Origin: Octopus sinensis
Lineage: Eukaryota
Reading direction: 5' to 3'
NCBI RefSeq assembly: GCF_006345805.1
Contig: NC_043002.1
Location: 114,886,001 to 114,950,000 of the forward strand
Length of the DNA: 64,000 nucleotides
Below the pieces are notes generated by a model. That model had not been told where the DNA came from. It was given only the letters and a program-made list of their open reading frames with translations, and did no database searches. A program made the position numbers and the translations under genes. Below, one piece after another: positions 1-13,015 of the stretch (position 1 is the stretch's first letter; each line of letters starts with the position of its first letter).

Positions 1-240
1 TATCTATCTACGTATCTGTATATGTGTATGTAGGTAGGTAGGTACGTAGATAGATATGTATGTCTGTTAGATGATAAGTAGGGTGGTAGGCAGGTATGTA
101 GGTTGGTCGGTCCTCTGGTAGGTTGGTACTTAGGTAGGTATGTTGGGTAGGTATGTATGTATGTATGTATGTATGTATGTATGTAGGTAGGTAGGTAGGT
201 AGGTAGGTAAATAGGTAGGAAGGCAGGCAGACATGCAGGC
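1..240. repeat. Compound tetranucleotide microsatellite (TAGG)n/(TATG)n
   Basis: Runs of taggtagg and tatgtatg read directly. Confidence 0.9.
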
Positions 241-1096
241 ATGTATTTGCAAGTATAATCCATCAATGCAAGTGCAGAATTAATTTAGTAATATTTACTT
301 TATTCAGGCGGAATAATGATTTCTAAAATCTTGTGATTGTTTTTTTATTGGGCCAAAATTAATTTGTTTTCCAATAGAAATGGAAATTTAGAAAACCACG
401 ATATGTCCGTACATAAAGTTATTGGCGCACTAGAAAATGCTTCAACAAAAATAAGATTCTCATTTATATATCATGGAATTACAAATACACCTACCCAACA
501 TTTAACTTATGTGTTTAGCTATTCATGTATTAATTCATTGTACTCAGGCATGCACATAAATATAGGCCGACTGGAGAAAATTATATTTCACTCGCACTTT
601 TTCCGTTATATTTTGTCTATGTAAATGAGATGTCCTTATAAAGAGTTCCGTGTTAAGGTTTAAAACACAAATGTACATACATCTATACAATAGTGTTTTT
701 ATTCAATAACTAGACGCAACACTTTATGCTTCTACAGTGAAGTCCATTTCCTTGACGTTCATTCAAGTATAACTAATACGTTAATACGTTAACTGTGTGA
801 CGTTTATTCCTTATGGTGCGGTCGTTGAAGAATTGAAAACTAAGTTCAACATCCTCATATTGAGCATAAAAGCAATAATACACTTCCTCTTCTCATTTAG
901 CCACAGATCTCATAGGCTATTTTTGCTCTCACGCACGCACACACATACACATTCACACACACACACACACATGCAATTATCCAAGCATGTATATTAGTAT
1001 ATACGTATATACATATCCATGCGCACATACATGTACAAACGTACACACATATGCATGCATAAATATAAATATATATTATACTTTCTATATTTTATA

Positions 1097-1466
1097 TTTT
1101 ACTTGTTTCAGTCATTAGACTGCGGCCTTGCTGGGGCACTGCCTTGAGGAATTTTAGTCGAGCAAATCGAATCCAGTCCTTACGTTTGTAAAACCTGTTA
1201 CTTATTCTATCAATCTTTTTTGCCGAATCGCTAAGTTAGGGTGATTTCAACACAGCAATACCGGTTGGCAAGCGGTAGTGGGGGACAAACACACACACAT
1301 ACACGCGAGCGTGCGTCTTTCAGTTTCTGTCTACCAAATCCACTCACGAGGCTTTGGTCGGCTCGAACGTAGGATAGAAGACCCTTACCTAAGGTGCTAC
1401 GCACTGAAATCGAGCCCGGAACAATGTGGTTTGGAAGCAAACTTCTTACCACGCAGCCACGCCTGC
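1097..1466 (-). mobile_element. tRNA-derived SINE, family B (CORE-like), diverged full copy
   Basis: The minus strand carries an A-box-like TGGCTGCGTGG, a B-box region, an internal (TG)n and the shared tail ...CAGTCTAATGACTGAAACAAGTAAAA. Homologous to 20139-20585, 33715-34222 and 52928-53335. Confidence 0.85.
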
Positions 1467-1568
1467 TCCGTTGCAGCTTTGTGATATGTATATCGGAAAA
1501 AAATAACATATTAAACAAGGATAATTGCTAATCTGATAATAACGAATTCGAAACTACCCACTTATTCA

Positions 1569-1947
1569 TTTCTACTCTAAGCACAAGAGGAGGGGCCCAG
1601 TCGATAGATGACCCGCATACGGTACCGGTACTTAGTTTATCGACGCCGAAAGGACGAAAGACAAAGTCGACCTCGGCGGAATTTGAACTCAGAACGTAAA
1701 GACGGACGAAATACATATTTCTTTACTACCCACAAGGGGCTACACACAGAGGGGGACAAACAAGGACAGACAAACGGATTAAGTCGATTATATCGAACCC
1801 AGTGCGTAACTGGTATTTAGTATATCGACCCCGAAAGGATGAAAGGCAAAGTCGACCTCGGCGGAATTTGAACTCAGAACGTAGCGGCAGACGAAATACT
1901 GCTGAGCATTTTGCCCGGCGTGCTAACGATTCTGCCAACACGCCGTC
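1569..1947 (-). mobile_element. Two tandem tRNA-derived SINEs, family A (1569-1714 truncated; 1717-1947 full)
   Basis: Each carries the family core GAAAGGAYGAAAGRCAAAGTCGACCTCGGCGGAATTTGAACTCAG, whose reverse complement contains the B box GTTCAAATTCC. From memory the core resembles the MetaSINE central domain (not verified). Confidence 0.9.
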
Positions 1948-2286
1948 TTAGTACCCACTTGTTCATTTACATCCAACTCTGAGTACCTGTGTGTGTGTAC
2001 ACGTTCGAATACAATATACGATATAACGTTAATGTTTGAGAAGAAATGAACGATAGTTGTGCAGTGCGCTAATATGCACTATATAATGCACGTATTGTAA
2101 TATACTACGTAAGTTCGACCCAAGAGTTTCTGGCATGCAGAAAACTATTGAGCAGAAACGTGCGCCATCCTACAAAGGCTCTTGGCATAGAGACGTTTTG
2201 CGACCCTGCACGTGTCTCTGTTTTAAATCCACATCCAAAAATGAATGCCATTATCAGAAACACATGTTCGAATTTATGAATCGATA

Positions 2287-2800
2287 TATTACAGCACCGG
2301 ACCGAATATCTGGCAAGCTTGCAACCGGAAGTGGCCCGGATTTCTGGATTTTTCGGTTTTCTGGAAACAGTCTAAATATATACTTAAAGTAAACTATGAA
2401 AATTAAATGAAAATTAAAGAAGTTGTATTTAATAGATTCAGATTAATTCACCTTTAAGCAGAGTTTGTTTGATATTTCTTAATCCACTTAATATATCATA
2501 CCGCGCGCGTATAGTGTTTATGGAATGAAATTTAAAAAAGGAAAGAAAAAAAACGTGATTTTATTTAAGATACAGGTACAAACGAATATACTTCTGTGGA
2601 CAAGTATCATATATTTAATCTTTATAAGACCACTTAAAAAAAGAACAGGGCAAGAATACTTTCAACACACAGTATGCAAATTGACCAACTTCAAAAACGG
2701 GGCCTGTTTACTCAATACCTAGTACAGTATATTACATGATATTGCACAATATTTTTGTATTTCAGGAAATTCTGGATTTCTGAAAGCCGGTACTATACTA
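2287..2800. mobile_element. Possible decayed hAT-like MITE
   Basis: Imperfect 14-nt TIR: TATTACAGCACCGG (2287-2300) versus the reverse complement of CCGGTACTATACTA (2787-2800), 3 mismatches. Sub-terminal TCTGGATTT motifs at both ends. No clear TSD. Confidence 0.35.
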
Positions 2801-2929
2801 GGCAAAAGACAGATCAGGTTCTATACTAGGCAAAAAAAAGCAACAATTCTATTAGAGGCATTTTGATTGAGGAACGTGTACATATTTGCGTGTATGTGTG
2901 TGAGAAAAACAGAGAGGTGGAGGGAGAAG

Positions 2930-2971
<42 letters not shown>

Positions 2972-4199
2972 TAGAGACAGAGAGAGAGAGACAGAGGGAG
3001 AGTCTGCTAGTAGAGAAATGATCATTTAATAAGTTAAGATTGTCCCGACAGATTTAGGTTTCGCTGGAAATTTCACCAACATACAGAAATGAAAAATAAT
3101 GGCCGATGTCGATGGTGACAGCTGTTAGATGAAGAAGTGGATTTTTTGAACAAAATCTAACGGCAGATAGACACAGTCAAACACTGAATAAAATCTGTCA
3201 TCAGTGACGTAATAGTCAGCAATAACTACAACAAATGACCAAATGTGAGGGGTGCACTGGATTACAACATTGATGCTAATGCTTCAGTTCCTCCAACACT
3301 TTCATAACTAACGTGGTCAACACTAATAATAATACTAATATTGCTCGACCTACTAACCAAATCATCTACCGTTGCAGCTACCACAGCTATGATGATATAG
3401 CAATCACTACATGTATTAGAGTTGCGGTCACTAACAATATAATGAGCCGACAATGGAGCCTTTTCCTAGTCATTTGACCTGTTAGAAACATTAGCTAACT
3501 TCCCTTCAGAACCACACCCAGCTTTATTAAAGTAAGAAAAGAATGTATTCACTGCCTGAAAGAAGGTGTTATAGTTATGGATGAAGTGTTTGTTGATGGT
3601 CGACTCGATCGGAGCTGATCAACAACAGCGAAAACAACACTGCGTAATCAGAAACAGCAAAACCTAATCCTAATCTAAATGCAGCTGATGGAACACCACA
3701 AGTAATGTCACCAGTATTGATTACATGAGGGAGTAATATATATATATATAAAAAAAAACTGAAAGTAAGCTCTACTACCATTGATCATAACAGCATTACG
3801 TAGTCATTATCCACTCCATTATATATCAATAACAACTGCCACAACAAGTTAGTGAAAGTGCAAAAACACTTACAAGACTAATGTAGCGAGCAAACTAATG
3901 CAACAATACTTTAATAAGTCCGGCAAAAATATCTGCCTTCCTTCAACACTATCATTCACGATCTACTATAATATTAATAGCAAAATAAGTTCAGAAAAAC
4001 TGGGTATCAAGACTTGTATGAAGACATTAGTGTTTAAAGGTAATTTTAAGAAATACTCAAGGTAATATCCAAGATAGAAAGAAAAAAAGAGGCCACGATG
4101 GAGAAACGCGATGATGAAGGAATTGTAGCAACATTCAAGAAAAGAGAGCAGAGAGATGTTTTAGAGTAAAAAAATTATAATATGAAGCAATAGCAGATT

Positions 4200-4858
4200 G
4201 TTTCTTTATTTATAACAATTTCTGCTTTCAAGTATTTTTATCTTCACCTCTTTCCAACGACAAATTACTTCCCAACCCACTTACCTTTCATTTCTCTCTT
4301 TCTCTCTCACTCAACCTTTACTTTTTCTCTCCCATTTTGTTATAGTCAATCAAAACCCTTTTTCGTTTCTTTTAATCGTTTGCAGTCAAACACTTCTAAC
4401 ATTCCTCCCTCAATTCCTCCCCTCTTTCTATCCCCTTCATTTTCCTCTTTCCTCTTACCATTTCTCTGTCATTCGTTAAAGATTAAACGTTGTTTTCTTC
4501 CTACATTGATTCATTTACTTACACTCACTTTTTACTCTTCCTTCTTTCTTTTATTTGTAATTAAGTCATTTTTTTCTTCTTCTTGGTCCCCCAATTTTTC
4601 TCAAACCTGTCTTCACCAAGCCTACCTGCACCTACCTTCACTTATATCCCGTCCTACATCTTCACTATGATGCAACTTAACCATCCTCTACTTCCCGCTC
4701 CACCATTTTATTCTTACAGAATACCTTCCAATCCTTTCATCTCTCGTCATTTTTCACTTATCTACCCCCACCATTTCTTGTACCATTAGAGATCAGTCTA
4801 CCTTCACAAATTATTATTTTTCATCTTCTACTTGTCTCCATCTCTTTCTTAATCTCAT

Positions 4859-4902
<44 letters not shown>

Positions 4903-5300
4903 ATCCATTATTACCGAAATTCTATTCGCTTTAATCTCATCTGACTCTTAGGCTTCTCTTCTCTCCTCTCCCTTCTCCCTGCTTCCCTATATATTTATAT
5001 TAGCTCTCTTCACTCATTCCTCTCCACCCCTTTTATTTCATTCTCTGCATTCCTTATCCTACTATCTCAGTAGAGATGTGTTCTCTTCCCTCTCTTCTTC
5101 TTCGCTCACATCCTCAATCCTCTATCCCTCAGTTTAAATGAAGTATAAACTTCTTGTTTAACATCTCTCTCTCTCTCTCTTACTCTGCCTCTCTCTCTCT
5201 CTCTCTCTCTCCCTCCTTCTCTCTCTCTCTCTCCTCCTGATACAGTTTTGTCTTTCCGATCACGTTCGCTCGATTCTTTCCCCATTTCACTCTATTTTAA
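4200..5300. repeat. ~1.1-kb pyrimidine-rich tract with (CT)n runs
   Basis: C/T-dominated on the plus strand, with (CT)n at about 4865-4901 and 5163-5235. Confidence 0.85.
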
Positions 5301-5542
5301 GACAGTCTGTCACTCTCAACTGCATCCTTTTCCAAAGCATCTTCCCACTAACGATCCCTACACACAACATACGCTGTAACACTTTCAATATTCTTCGCAG
5401 CCAATGCATTACTGTAACATCAGCAAATAAAACTGGCAAGCTTGCACAATTTCTAAATGAGAGAATGTAGACTTCGAATCCTTCTCACCATCCCATTTTC
5501 CATATTTGCTACTATCTTTTAATATTGTTCTCACTCTACTTT

Positions 5543-5544
5543 AC

Positions 5545-5590
<46 letters not shown>

Positions 5591-5725
5591 ACACACACAC
5601 ACACACACGCACACACACACACATACATACACACGCGCACATGCAGGCACACACAAGCAAACACACACAGAAATATACACACACATATACATACATAGGA
5701 GAATGCATACAGGCATCCATATATA

Positions 5726-5756
<31 letters not shown>

Positions 5757-5860
5757 ATGTATGTATGTATGTATGTATATGTGTGTACATGAATATGTGT
5801 ATGTGTGCGCACGCATGTTGAGTATGTGCATGAATATATTCGTATGCACGTGAACGCATT
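5543..5860. repeat. (CA)n/(TACA)n/(TATG)n compound microsatellite
   Basis: Read directly; explains the HT/CV-repeat ORFs at 5506-5950. Confidence 0.95.
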
Positions 5861-6933
5861 GTGACATCTCCAATAATGTAATAGAACTTCAAGAAGGTAC
5901 TTAAGTTTTCGCGGCTTTGCAAACTTCATTGATTTTAGAATACGTTTCAAAAGTACATCTAAGGAACGTCTGGATTCTTGTCTTTGAAGAACCCCTACTA
6001 TTTCATGTAATCACTTTTTGTTCATTTCATACGTTTCTGTAATATGATACTGTATATAACACTGAACTTGCGTATGAAGCTTATAATTTCAAACAGATCT
6101 TTCAAAATATTAAGTATTTCACTTTTGAGGACATACATCTAAATTTATAAATAACTCTCTTAAGGTGTCAAATAATTGATTAGACATATAAATCAATAAG
6201 GGGCATTTGACCTATGTATGATTCAATAGAGCTAAGTAAGTTTGTTAAAAGGGATTTCTTCACATTAAGCAAATATCTAAAGGAGAACAATATTTTGTGG
6301 TGAAGTGCTTGAAAGTACTTCAATAAAGTTGGCTGATATAAATTTAAATTGTTAAAAGTTTGTTAGACAGCAGCTGTTTAATTTCAGTGGTCTGAATAGA
6401 AAATAACATCATGAAACTAATAATAATAACCTGAAAGAGATAGAGAATTACAGAAATTGATGATATTTTATAATAAATATCGGTCAAAGGTTTACATATC
6501 TCGTCACTGGCGCTATTTAGTGTACCGAGCAAACACATTTTGCAATAAACCAGACTGCTTTGCAGCAAATAAATGCAGTTGGAGAGGTACAGAGACTCTT
6601 GAGTCTAAATGATAAATCACTACCGGAATGGAAAATGTTTAGTCGTATTGTACTAAAATATTACCCTTCGACTAACTGGTGTTCCAATACAGAAAGAGAG
6701 ATCTCTCTTAACCAAGCAACTGTTTAAGTAATTTTTTAAATTCTAGGACACACTAGAAGCTAGAAAAAGCAAAATAACACAATGGATGATCGCTCTGAAG
6801 TTAGTGATTAAATGTTACCCTGAAACTACAATGCATATTACCCCGTCTCTTACCGTAGACAATATGCGTAGGCTTACTCAAAACAAGGTATGCATTGATT
6901 AAATGATAATTCCTTTTGATAGTTATAATAATT

Positions 6934-7362
6934 GTTTCTAATGTAGGCGCGAGGCCTGGAATTTGGGGACCTAGGTTAGTCGATTACATCAACCCTCGGT
7001 GCTCAATTGATACTATTTTATCAACCCCGAAAATCTGGAAGGCAATGTCAACTTCGTCAGAATTAGAACTCAGAACGTAAAGAACCGGAAGAAATATCAC
7101 TAAGCACTTTGTTCGGCAGGCTAGCGATTCTTCCAGCTAATGTTCCTTTCTGCAATAGACACAAGACCTCAAATTGGGGATAGGGATGGACTAGTCAATT
7201 TCATCGATCGCAGTGCGTAACTGGTATTTATTTCATCGACCCCGGAAGGATGAAAGGCAAAGTCGACCTCAGCGGAATTTGAAGGAACTCAGAACGTAAG
7301 GATGGACAAAATGCCGCTAAACATTTAGTCCGGCGTGTTAACGGTTCTGCCAGCTCGCCGCT
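6934..7362 (-). mobile_element. Two tandem SINE family A copies (6934-7140; 7143-7362)
   Basis: Family core at about 7030-7075 and 7245-7295; the head end CTGCCAGCTCGCCGC lies at about 7347-7361. Confidence 0.85.
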
Positions 7363-8468
7363 TTTCTTCCAGCTTAAATAATATGAAAAAACAAAATACA
7401 TCCGGGCTCTGCCGCAGTATGCTGACACTTCGAAATCTGAAGAAAGATTAAGATATTATGTATTGATAATTCACAGAAAATTATCAACACTTACGATTAA
7501 ATTAAAATATTTTGAAATCATTTAATTCATGTTAACGGATCGTTGATAATGTTAGCTACACTTTCCAAATGATAAACTTTATTCAGTTTTAAATTACTGA
7601 CACAACGTATTTCCACGTTTTTCATATGGTATAAATAGTTAATACCTATTTAGTTTTCAGATTTGGACACTTGTATTTGGTATAAAGAATTAATATGTAT
7701 TTGCTATTCAGATTTTCCAGAACAACTAGCTTTCAATCTTTCCAAAACTTACTAAATTATAGCACTAGTTGCCAGGCAGGCCTTTTCTATACAGTACTGA
7801 GTTCAGAGAATGTATTCGTTTACAGACACAAGTTTTCAAAACTGTATACTTTCAGCTTAGGTTTAGGTATTTGATTCACATACATTATGTTGCATACTTA
7901 GAAAAATAACCAAATAAGACCAATTATAAAACAGAAAATAATAATATATTTTCTATAGTCTCGAAAGGAGACATCGAATGTATTACATTATATTGCTGTT
8001 ATCGCAAGCCTCCATTTATCACCTCAAGACAAATTTCTGATTCACTTCTAACATAATTTTTGTTGATGGTAAGAAAATAAGAAAAAATTAAACAAAACAA
8101 AAAAGGTCAATGGACACTTGATAGTGTTCATTTTAATCACTTAGAAGTGATTAAAAGTTTAATAGCTGCTCAAAGATGTCAATTTTCATTATATCTTGGA
8201 TAAACGATATTTAAAATTCAAATCAATGCAGAGTCTACAAGAAGAGATAAGTTTGTAAACATTTTAATTGATTTTACTCTCATCACGAAATACGTTTCGC
8301 TCATCAGAGGAGCACAGCTCAATAGGAATGGATTTCAGGATGTCGTAAAATGATACCGTAAAATAACATCACCTTATATCTCTCACCACATTTGTGTATT
8401 CCTTTCTTAGCCTACATATATCAGTAAACCCGCATGCAGTATGCAACATAGAACTAGCGGCATTATCC

Positions 8469-8469
8469 A

Positions 8470-8512
<43 letters not shown>

Positions 8513-8581
8513 ATCTATCTATCTATCTATCTATCTGTCTATCTATCTATCTATCTATCTATCGATCTATCTATCTATCTA

Positions 8582-8628
<47 letters not shown>

Positions 8629-8642
8629 TTATCATCATCCTT

Positions 8643-8686
<44 letters not shown>
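8469..8686. repeat. (TATC)n-(TA)n-(CAT)n compound microsatellite; the (CAT)n part is the tail of the adjacent RTE
   Basis: Read directly. Confidence 0.95.
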
Positions 8687-8687
<1 letters not shown>

Positions 8688-9458
8688 GTTTAACGTCCGT
8701 TTTCCAAACTGGCGTGGGTTGGACGGTTTGACTGAAGTCTGGAGAGCCAGCGGCTGCACCAGACTCCAATCTGATCTCGCAATGTTTCTACAGTTGGATG
8801 CCCTTCATAACGCCAACCACTCTGAGAGTGTAGTGGGTGCTTTTTAAGTGCCACCGGCAGAGGAGCCAGTCAGGCAGGCTTGGCATCGATCACGTTTGGA
8901 TGGCGGTTTTTACGTGCCACTGGAACGGCAGCCAGTCAGGGAACACTGGCCACAGCTACGATTTTGGTTTTACTTGACTCACCTCGTCTTATATCAAGCA
9001 TGTCATATCGCCCGACGCATCAAGGGTACTCTTAAATGAACCGGACATGCAACACTGGCATAGGCCATGGCTGCGATCTCACTTTAGTTGCCGGGTCTTC
9101 TCAATCACAGCATATCTTCAAAGGTTTCGGTCTCCTGTCATTGCTTCTATGAGGACCAATGTTCGAAAGTCATGCTTCACTACCTCATTCCATGTCTTCC
9201 ACGGGTTCCTTCCATAGTTAGGGTGTGGCAATTCCTCACACAGCTGTTCTCCTCTATACACAACACATGACCATACTAGGGCAGTCGTGTCTTGCACACC
9301 ACATTTGATGCTTCTCATGTCCAACTTTCCTCTCAGGGTGTTTACACTGTGTCGTGTATGCACACTGACATTACACATCCAGCGGATCATACTACCTTCA
9401 TTTCTTTCAAGCTTACGCATGTCCTCAGCAGTCATAGCCCATGTTTTACTGCCGTATA
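8687..9458 (-). mobile_element. 5'-truncated RTE-clade LINE 3' end (C-terminal ORF remnant, 3'UTR, (GAT)n tail)
   Basis: Minus frame YGSKTWAMTAEDMRKLERNEGSMIRWMCNVS...TWNEVVKHDFRTL...MTGDRNL matches the RTE C-terminal pattern YGxETW...LERxExxMxRWM...TWxxxVxxD. Short tandem-repeat tails are typical of RTE. Confidence 0.9.
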
Positions 9459-9525
9459 CACACACACACACACACATACACACGCTCACACACTTAAGTA
9501 TACATATATAGATATATATGTATAT

Positions 9526-9713
9526 CTTTTACTTGTTTCAGTAATTATACTGGGCCATGCTGAATCGACCCAGTACTTAATTTTTTGCTAAGCCTGATAT
9601 TTATTCTCTCGGTCTCTTTTTTCGAACAACTAGGTTACGGGGATGTAAACGCACCAACACCGGTTGTCAAACGATAGTGGGTGACAAATACAAACAAAAA
9701 AGACGCGCGCATG

Positions 9714-9770
<57 letters not shown>
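9526..9770 (-). mobile_element. SINE family B, 3' half
   Basis: CTTTTACTTGTTTCAG...GGGGATGTAAAC...CCGGTTGTCAA followed by (CA)n. Confidence 0.8.
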
Positions 9771-9934
9771 TTAGTAGAATGACCCAAGGCCCGAAAGTTT
9801 CGTGCGTTAGCACTTATCAAGTGATGCCAATACACGAAACTGTCGGATCTTGAGTCACTCTGTTACTCCTGCTATATGTTAATAAAAATATACATACACT
9901 CATATTCCGAGTTTTACTTTTGCTGTTTGTATCA

Positions 9935-9949
9935 CTATATCTATATCTA

Positions 9950-10032
<83 letters not shown>

Positions 10033-10108
10033 ATGTATGTATGTATGTATGTATGTATGTATGTATGTATGTATGTCTGTATGTCTGTATGTCTGTCTGT
10101 CTGTCTGT
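9935..10108. repeat. (TATC)n(TGTC)n(TATG)n microsatellite
   Basis: Read directly. Confidence 0.95.
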
Positions 10109-10113
10109 AGTCA

Positions 10114-10470
10114 CAGGCGTAGTTCTGTGGTAAGAACTTTGCTTCCCGGCGAGCTGGCAGAATCGTTAGCACACCGGGCGAAATGCTTAGCGGTATTTCG
10201 TCTGCCGTTACGTTCTGAGTTCAAATTCCGCCGAGGTCGACTTTGCCTTTCATCCTTTCAAGGTCTGTAAATTAAGTACCAGTTGCGCACTGGGGTCGCT
10301 GAAATCGATTTAATCCGTCTGTCTGTCCTTGTTTGTTTAGCCCCTTGTGAGCAATAAATTATTAAGAAGTTTGCTTCCCAACCACATTAATCCAAGTTCA
10401 GTCCCACCGAGTGGCACCCCGCACAAATGTCTTCTACTATAGCCTCGGGCTGGCCAAAGCCTTGTCAGAG
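10114..10470 (+). mobile_element. SINE family B head, interrupted by a family A insertion
   Basis: CAGGCGTAGTTCTGTGGTAAGAACTTTGCTTCCC resumes as AACCACAT...GTTCAGTCCCACC...GTCTTCTACTATAGCCTCGGGC after the insert. Confidence 0.8.
10148..10362 (+). mobile_element. SINE family A with a 17-bp TSD
   Basis: Starts GGCGAGCTGGCAGAATCGTTAG, B box GTTCAAATTCC. Flanked by TAAGAACTTTGCTTCCC (10131-10147) and TAAGAAGTTTGCTTCCC (10363-10379). Confidence 0.92.
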
Positions 10471-11145
10471 GAATAAAAGAGAAGCTATATAGATGCATAG
10501 ATACATACACGTAAAACTACAAACAATTTGACTGTGGCTAGAGAAGTTCATATTCCTCCTTAGAGTAAAGCTTCCATTTATCTAATATGTTCAGATTACT
10601 TCTAAAGGTAAGCACTTTACTTTCCTCCGAAAATATATCAAAATACAATATTATGTTAGACGATTGACGACGATTTGAAGTATTTACATGTTTACATAAA
10701 CATTGGCATGTTTTCATGGAAATATTTATGTGTGATTGTATTTTTGGATAATCATATACTATTAGAACACCAACAATTTCTTGGCATTGTTATTCTCGGT
10801 ACATTGAAAACATATGAATATTTTTTCATTGTCTAGAGAACTATTCCAATACATACATAAATACATACGTGCATATATACATGCATACTCACAGTGCATT
10901 TATATCTGCACAAATAAAATTACAAACTTGCATTTAAGGAAACGTGCATATGTAAATTATGAGACAATATTAACATACATATGTATATACATACTGCACG
11001 CACACACACATACATACATACACACACATACACACACGTGTATGTATTTGTATTTGGGCATACAAACAAGCAAACATACACAGGAACACTTACGTACATA
11101 CTTATTCAATCAATTTATTGATTTCATTTGAAAGACAGAATGCGA

Positions 11146-11280
11146 AATAATAATAACATTAATAATAATAATAATGATAATAATAATAATAATATTAATA
11201 ATAATGATAATAATAATAATAATAATAATAATAATATAATAATAATAATAATATAATAATAATAATAATAATAATAATAG
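11146..11280. repeat. (AAT)n array, empty of LINE insertions
   Basis: Read directly. Confidence 0.95.
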
Positions 11281-12344
11281 AAAGTTATATATGTAAAAGG
11301 TAGAATAGCGGTAAAATAAATAGGCATATTTCGCTGTTTTTAAGGAAAACATTACTCCAAATTGATTATCAATTTTGGCAAAGCTAAATACAATAAAGAA
11401 TGGCAATCAATGACATGCCAGAAGGTCACAGAAACAAAGAAGCTAGAAAAGATTGCAGCAGAATTCTCTGAACAAGCGAGTAGCTATTAACTATATCAAT
11501 AATTTCTAGAAAAGTTTCGAAACAATGTCTCGTGGTTCCGTTTATATCGAGTTATAATAAGGAAGTTGTGTTGAACAACAGTTTGTGAAGGCGTGTTATA
11601 ACTTACATTCTTTATACCTAGTAGTTATATCTGTAATCCTTAAAGGGTCATTTCTATTTCATTTTATGATTTGCATGTCTCGTTGTTGAAAACTTCACAT
11701 GGTAATCTGATGAGATGTGTGATTCTGTGATTCTCACCCTTCATACAACTGCATACATTCTGCTCCAATAGAGCGACAAAAGGAAATCAGCGCAAATTAT
11801 TCTTCCAAAAATCCGACTTCTTTATCTCTTTTCCTCTTCGTTTCCTCTTTATCATCTTCATCATTATCATCGTCAGCAGCATCCCTAATTTTTACTCTTG
11901 CCCTATTTTATTTAACTCTTTCTGCAATTCTAAGCAGAGCCCAAGAGAAAAATTGCTTATTCCACTGTAAAATCGCCTATTCCACTATTCTTTCACGTGT
12001 TCTAAGCATCGCATGCTTTACACTAACACTTGCTATCAATGTCATCTAACTTAATCCATTTGATATGTGGTAGTTTTCCTTTAATTTTATTGTGCCATTT
12101 TCATTAGATGTCTATTGGCGAAATTTTAGGATATAAATCTACATATTTCTATCTGATCGAAAGAAAATTAAAATTGTTTTTACAAGGCAGAAATACAATT
12201 TCTGATAACGAGCCATATTTTCTCTTATTGATTGATATTCTACAATTACATGACCTTACCAAACATATGAAACCAGTTATGACATTCACAAAAGTGGAAT
12301 GACGAAGTTACTTTTATGCATCTATTCATTTATATTTCTTTCAA

Positions 12345-12387
<43 letters not shown>

Positions 12388-12409
12388 TGTGTGTGTGTGT
12401 GTGTGTGCA

Positions 12410-12685
12410 AGGATGCATGACTCTGGTTAGAGCGTCGGGTTCACAAATCATGAGGTAGTGAGTTCAATTCCTGGGCTGGGATGTGCGTTGTGTTCTTAAG
12501 CTGTAGAAATGAGTTGCGACATCACTGGTGCCAAGCTGTATCGGCCCCTTTGCCGTTCCCGTGGATAACATCAGTGATGTGGAGAGGGAAGGCTGGAATG
12601 CATGGATGACTGGTAGTCTTCCATAAACAAACTTGCCTGAACTTGTTCCTCGGTGGGTATCTTTCTAGGTGCAAACCCATGGTCA

Positions 12686-12690
<5 letters not shown>
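12410..12690 (+). mobile_element. tRNA-derived SINE, family C
   Basis: A-box-like TGACTCTGGTTAG, B box GTTCAATTCC, then TTGTGTTCTT(A/G)AGC shared with 33481, 34553 and, reversed, 15200. Confidence 0.7.
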
Positions 12691-12722
<32 letters not shown>

Positions 12723-12726
<4 letters not shown>

Positions 12727-12915
12727 TTCTTCTCCGTCCGGTCATTTCAGCATGACTTGACCATTTCAGTCAGACATGTTTCTTTCGTTTTTTTCCTCTC
12801 CACAGTTATATTTTCTGAAGAAGAGCGTAGGCTCGAAACGTTAAAGACAGCGTAAACGTAATACACCCTATTTGTTTTTCTTTCACCTCGTCCTGATTTT
12901 CTGTATTTTGGGATC
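12723..12915 (+). mobile_element. Penelope-like pseudo-LTR fragment (hammerhead-bearing)
   Basis: ~190-bp non-microsatellite segment between (TA)n and (TATC)n arrays containing CTGAAGA...GAAACGTT. Assignment is by motif type only. Confidence 0.5.
12811..12846 (+). ncRNA. Minimal type-I hammerhead ribozyme motif (variant)
   Basis: TTTT-CTGAAGA-A-GAGC(GTAG)GCTC-GAAA-CGTT-AAAG: core CUGANGA and GAAA, 4-bp stem II, palindromic AACGTT stem III. One extra A after the core and a GUU triplet make activity doubtful. Confidence 0.55.
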
Positions 12916-12918
12916 ACA

Positions 12919-13015
<97 letters not shown>

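Noticed and set aside
6344-7436. Minus-strand acceptors at 6432 and 7437
   Set aside because: Good polypyrimidine-AG signals but weak or absent donors and no supportable product.
11790-11990. Acidic minus-strand frame (DAADDDNDEDDKEETKRKRDKE)
   Set aside because: Bounded by in-frame stops with no usable splice sites; arises from a decayed CAT/CTT repeat.
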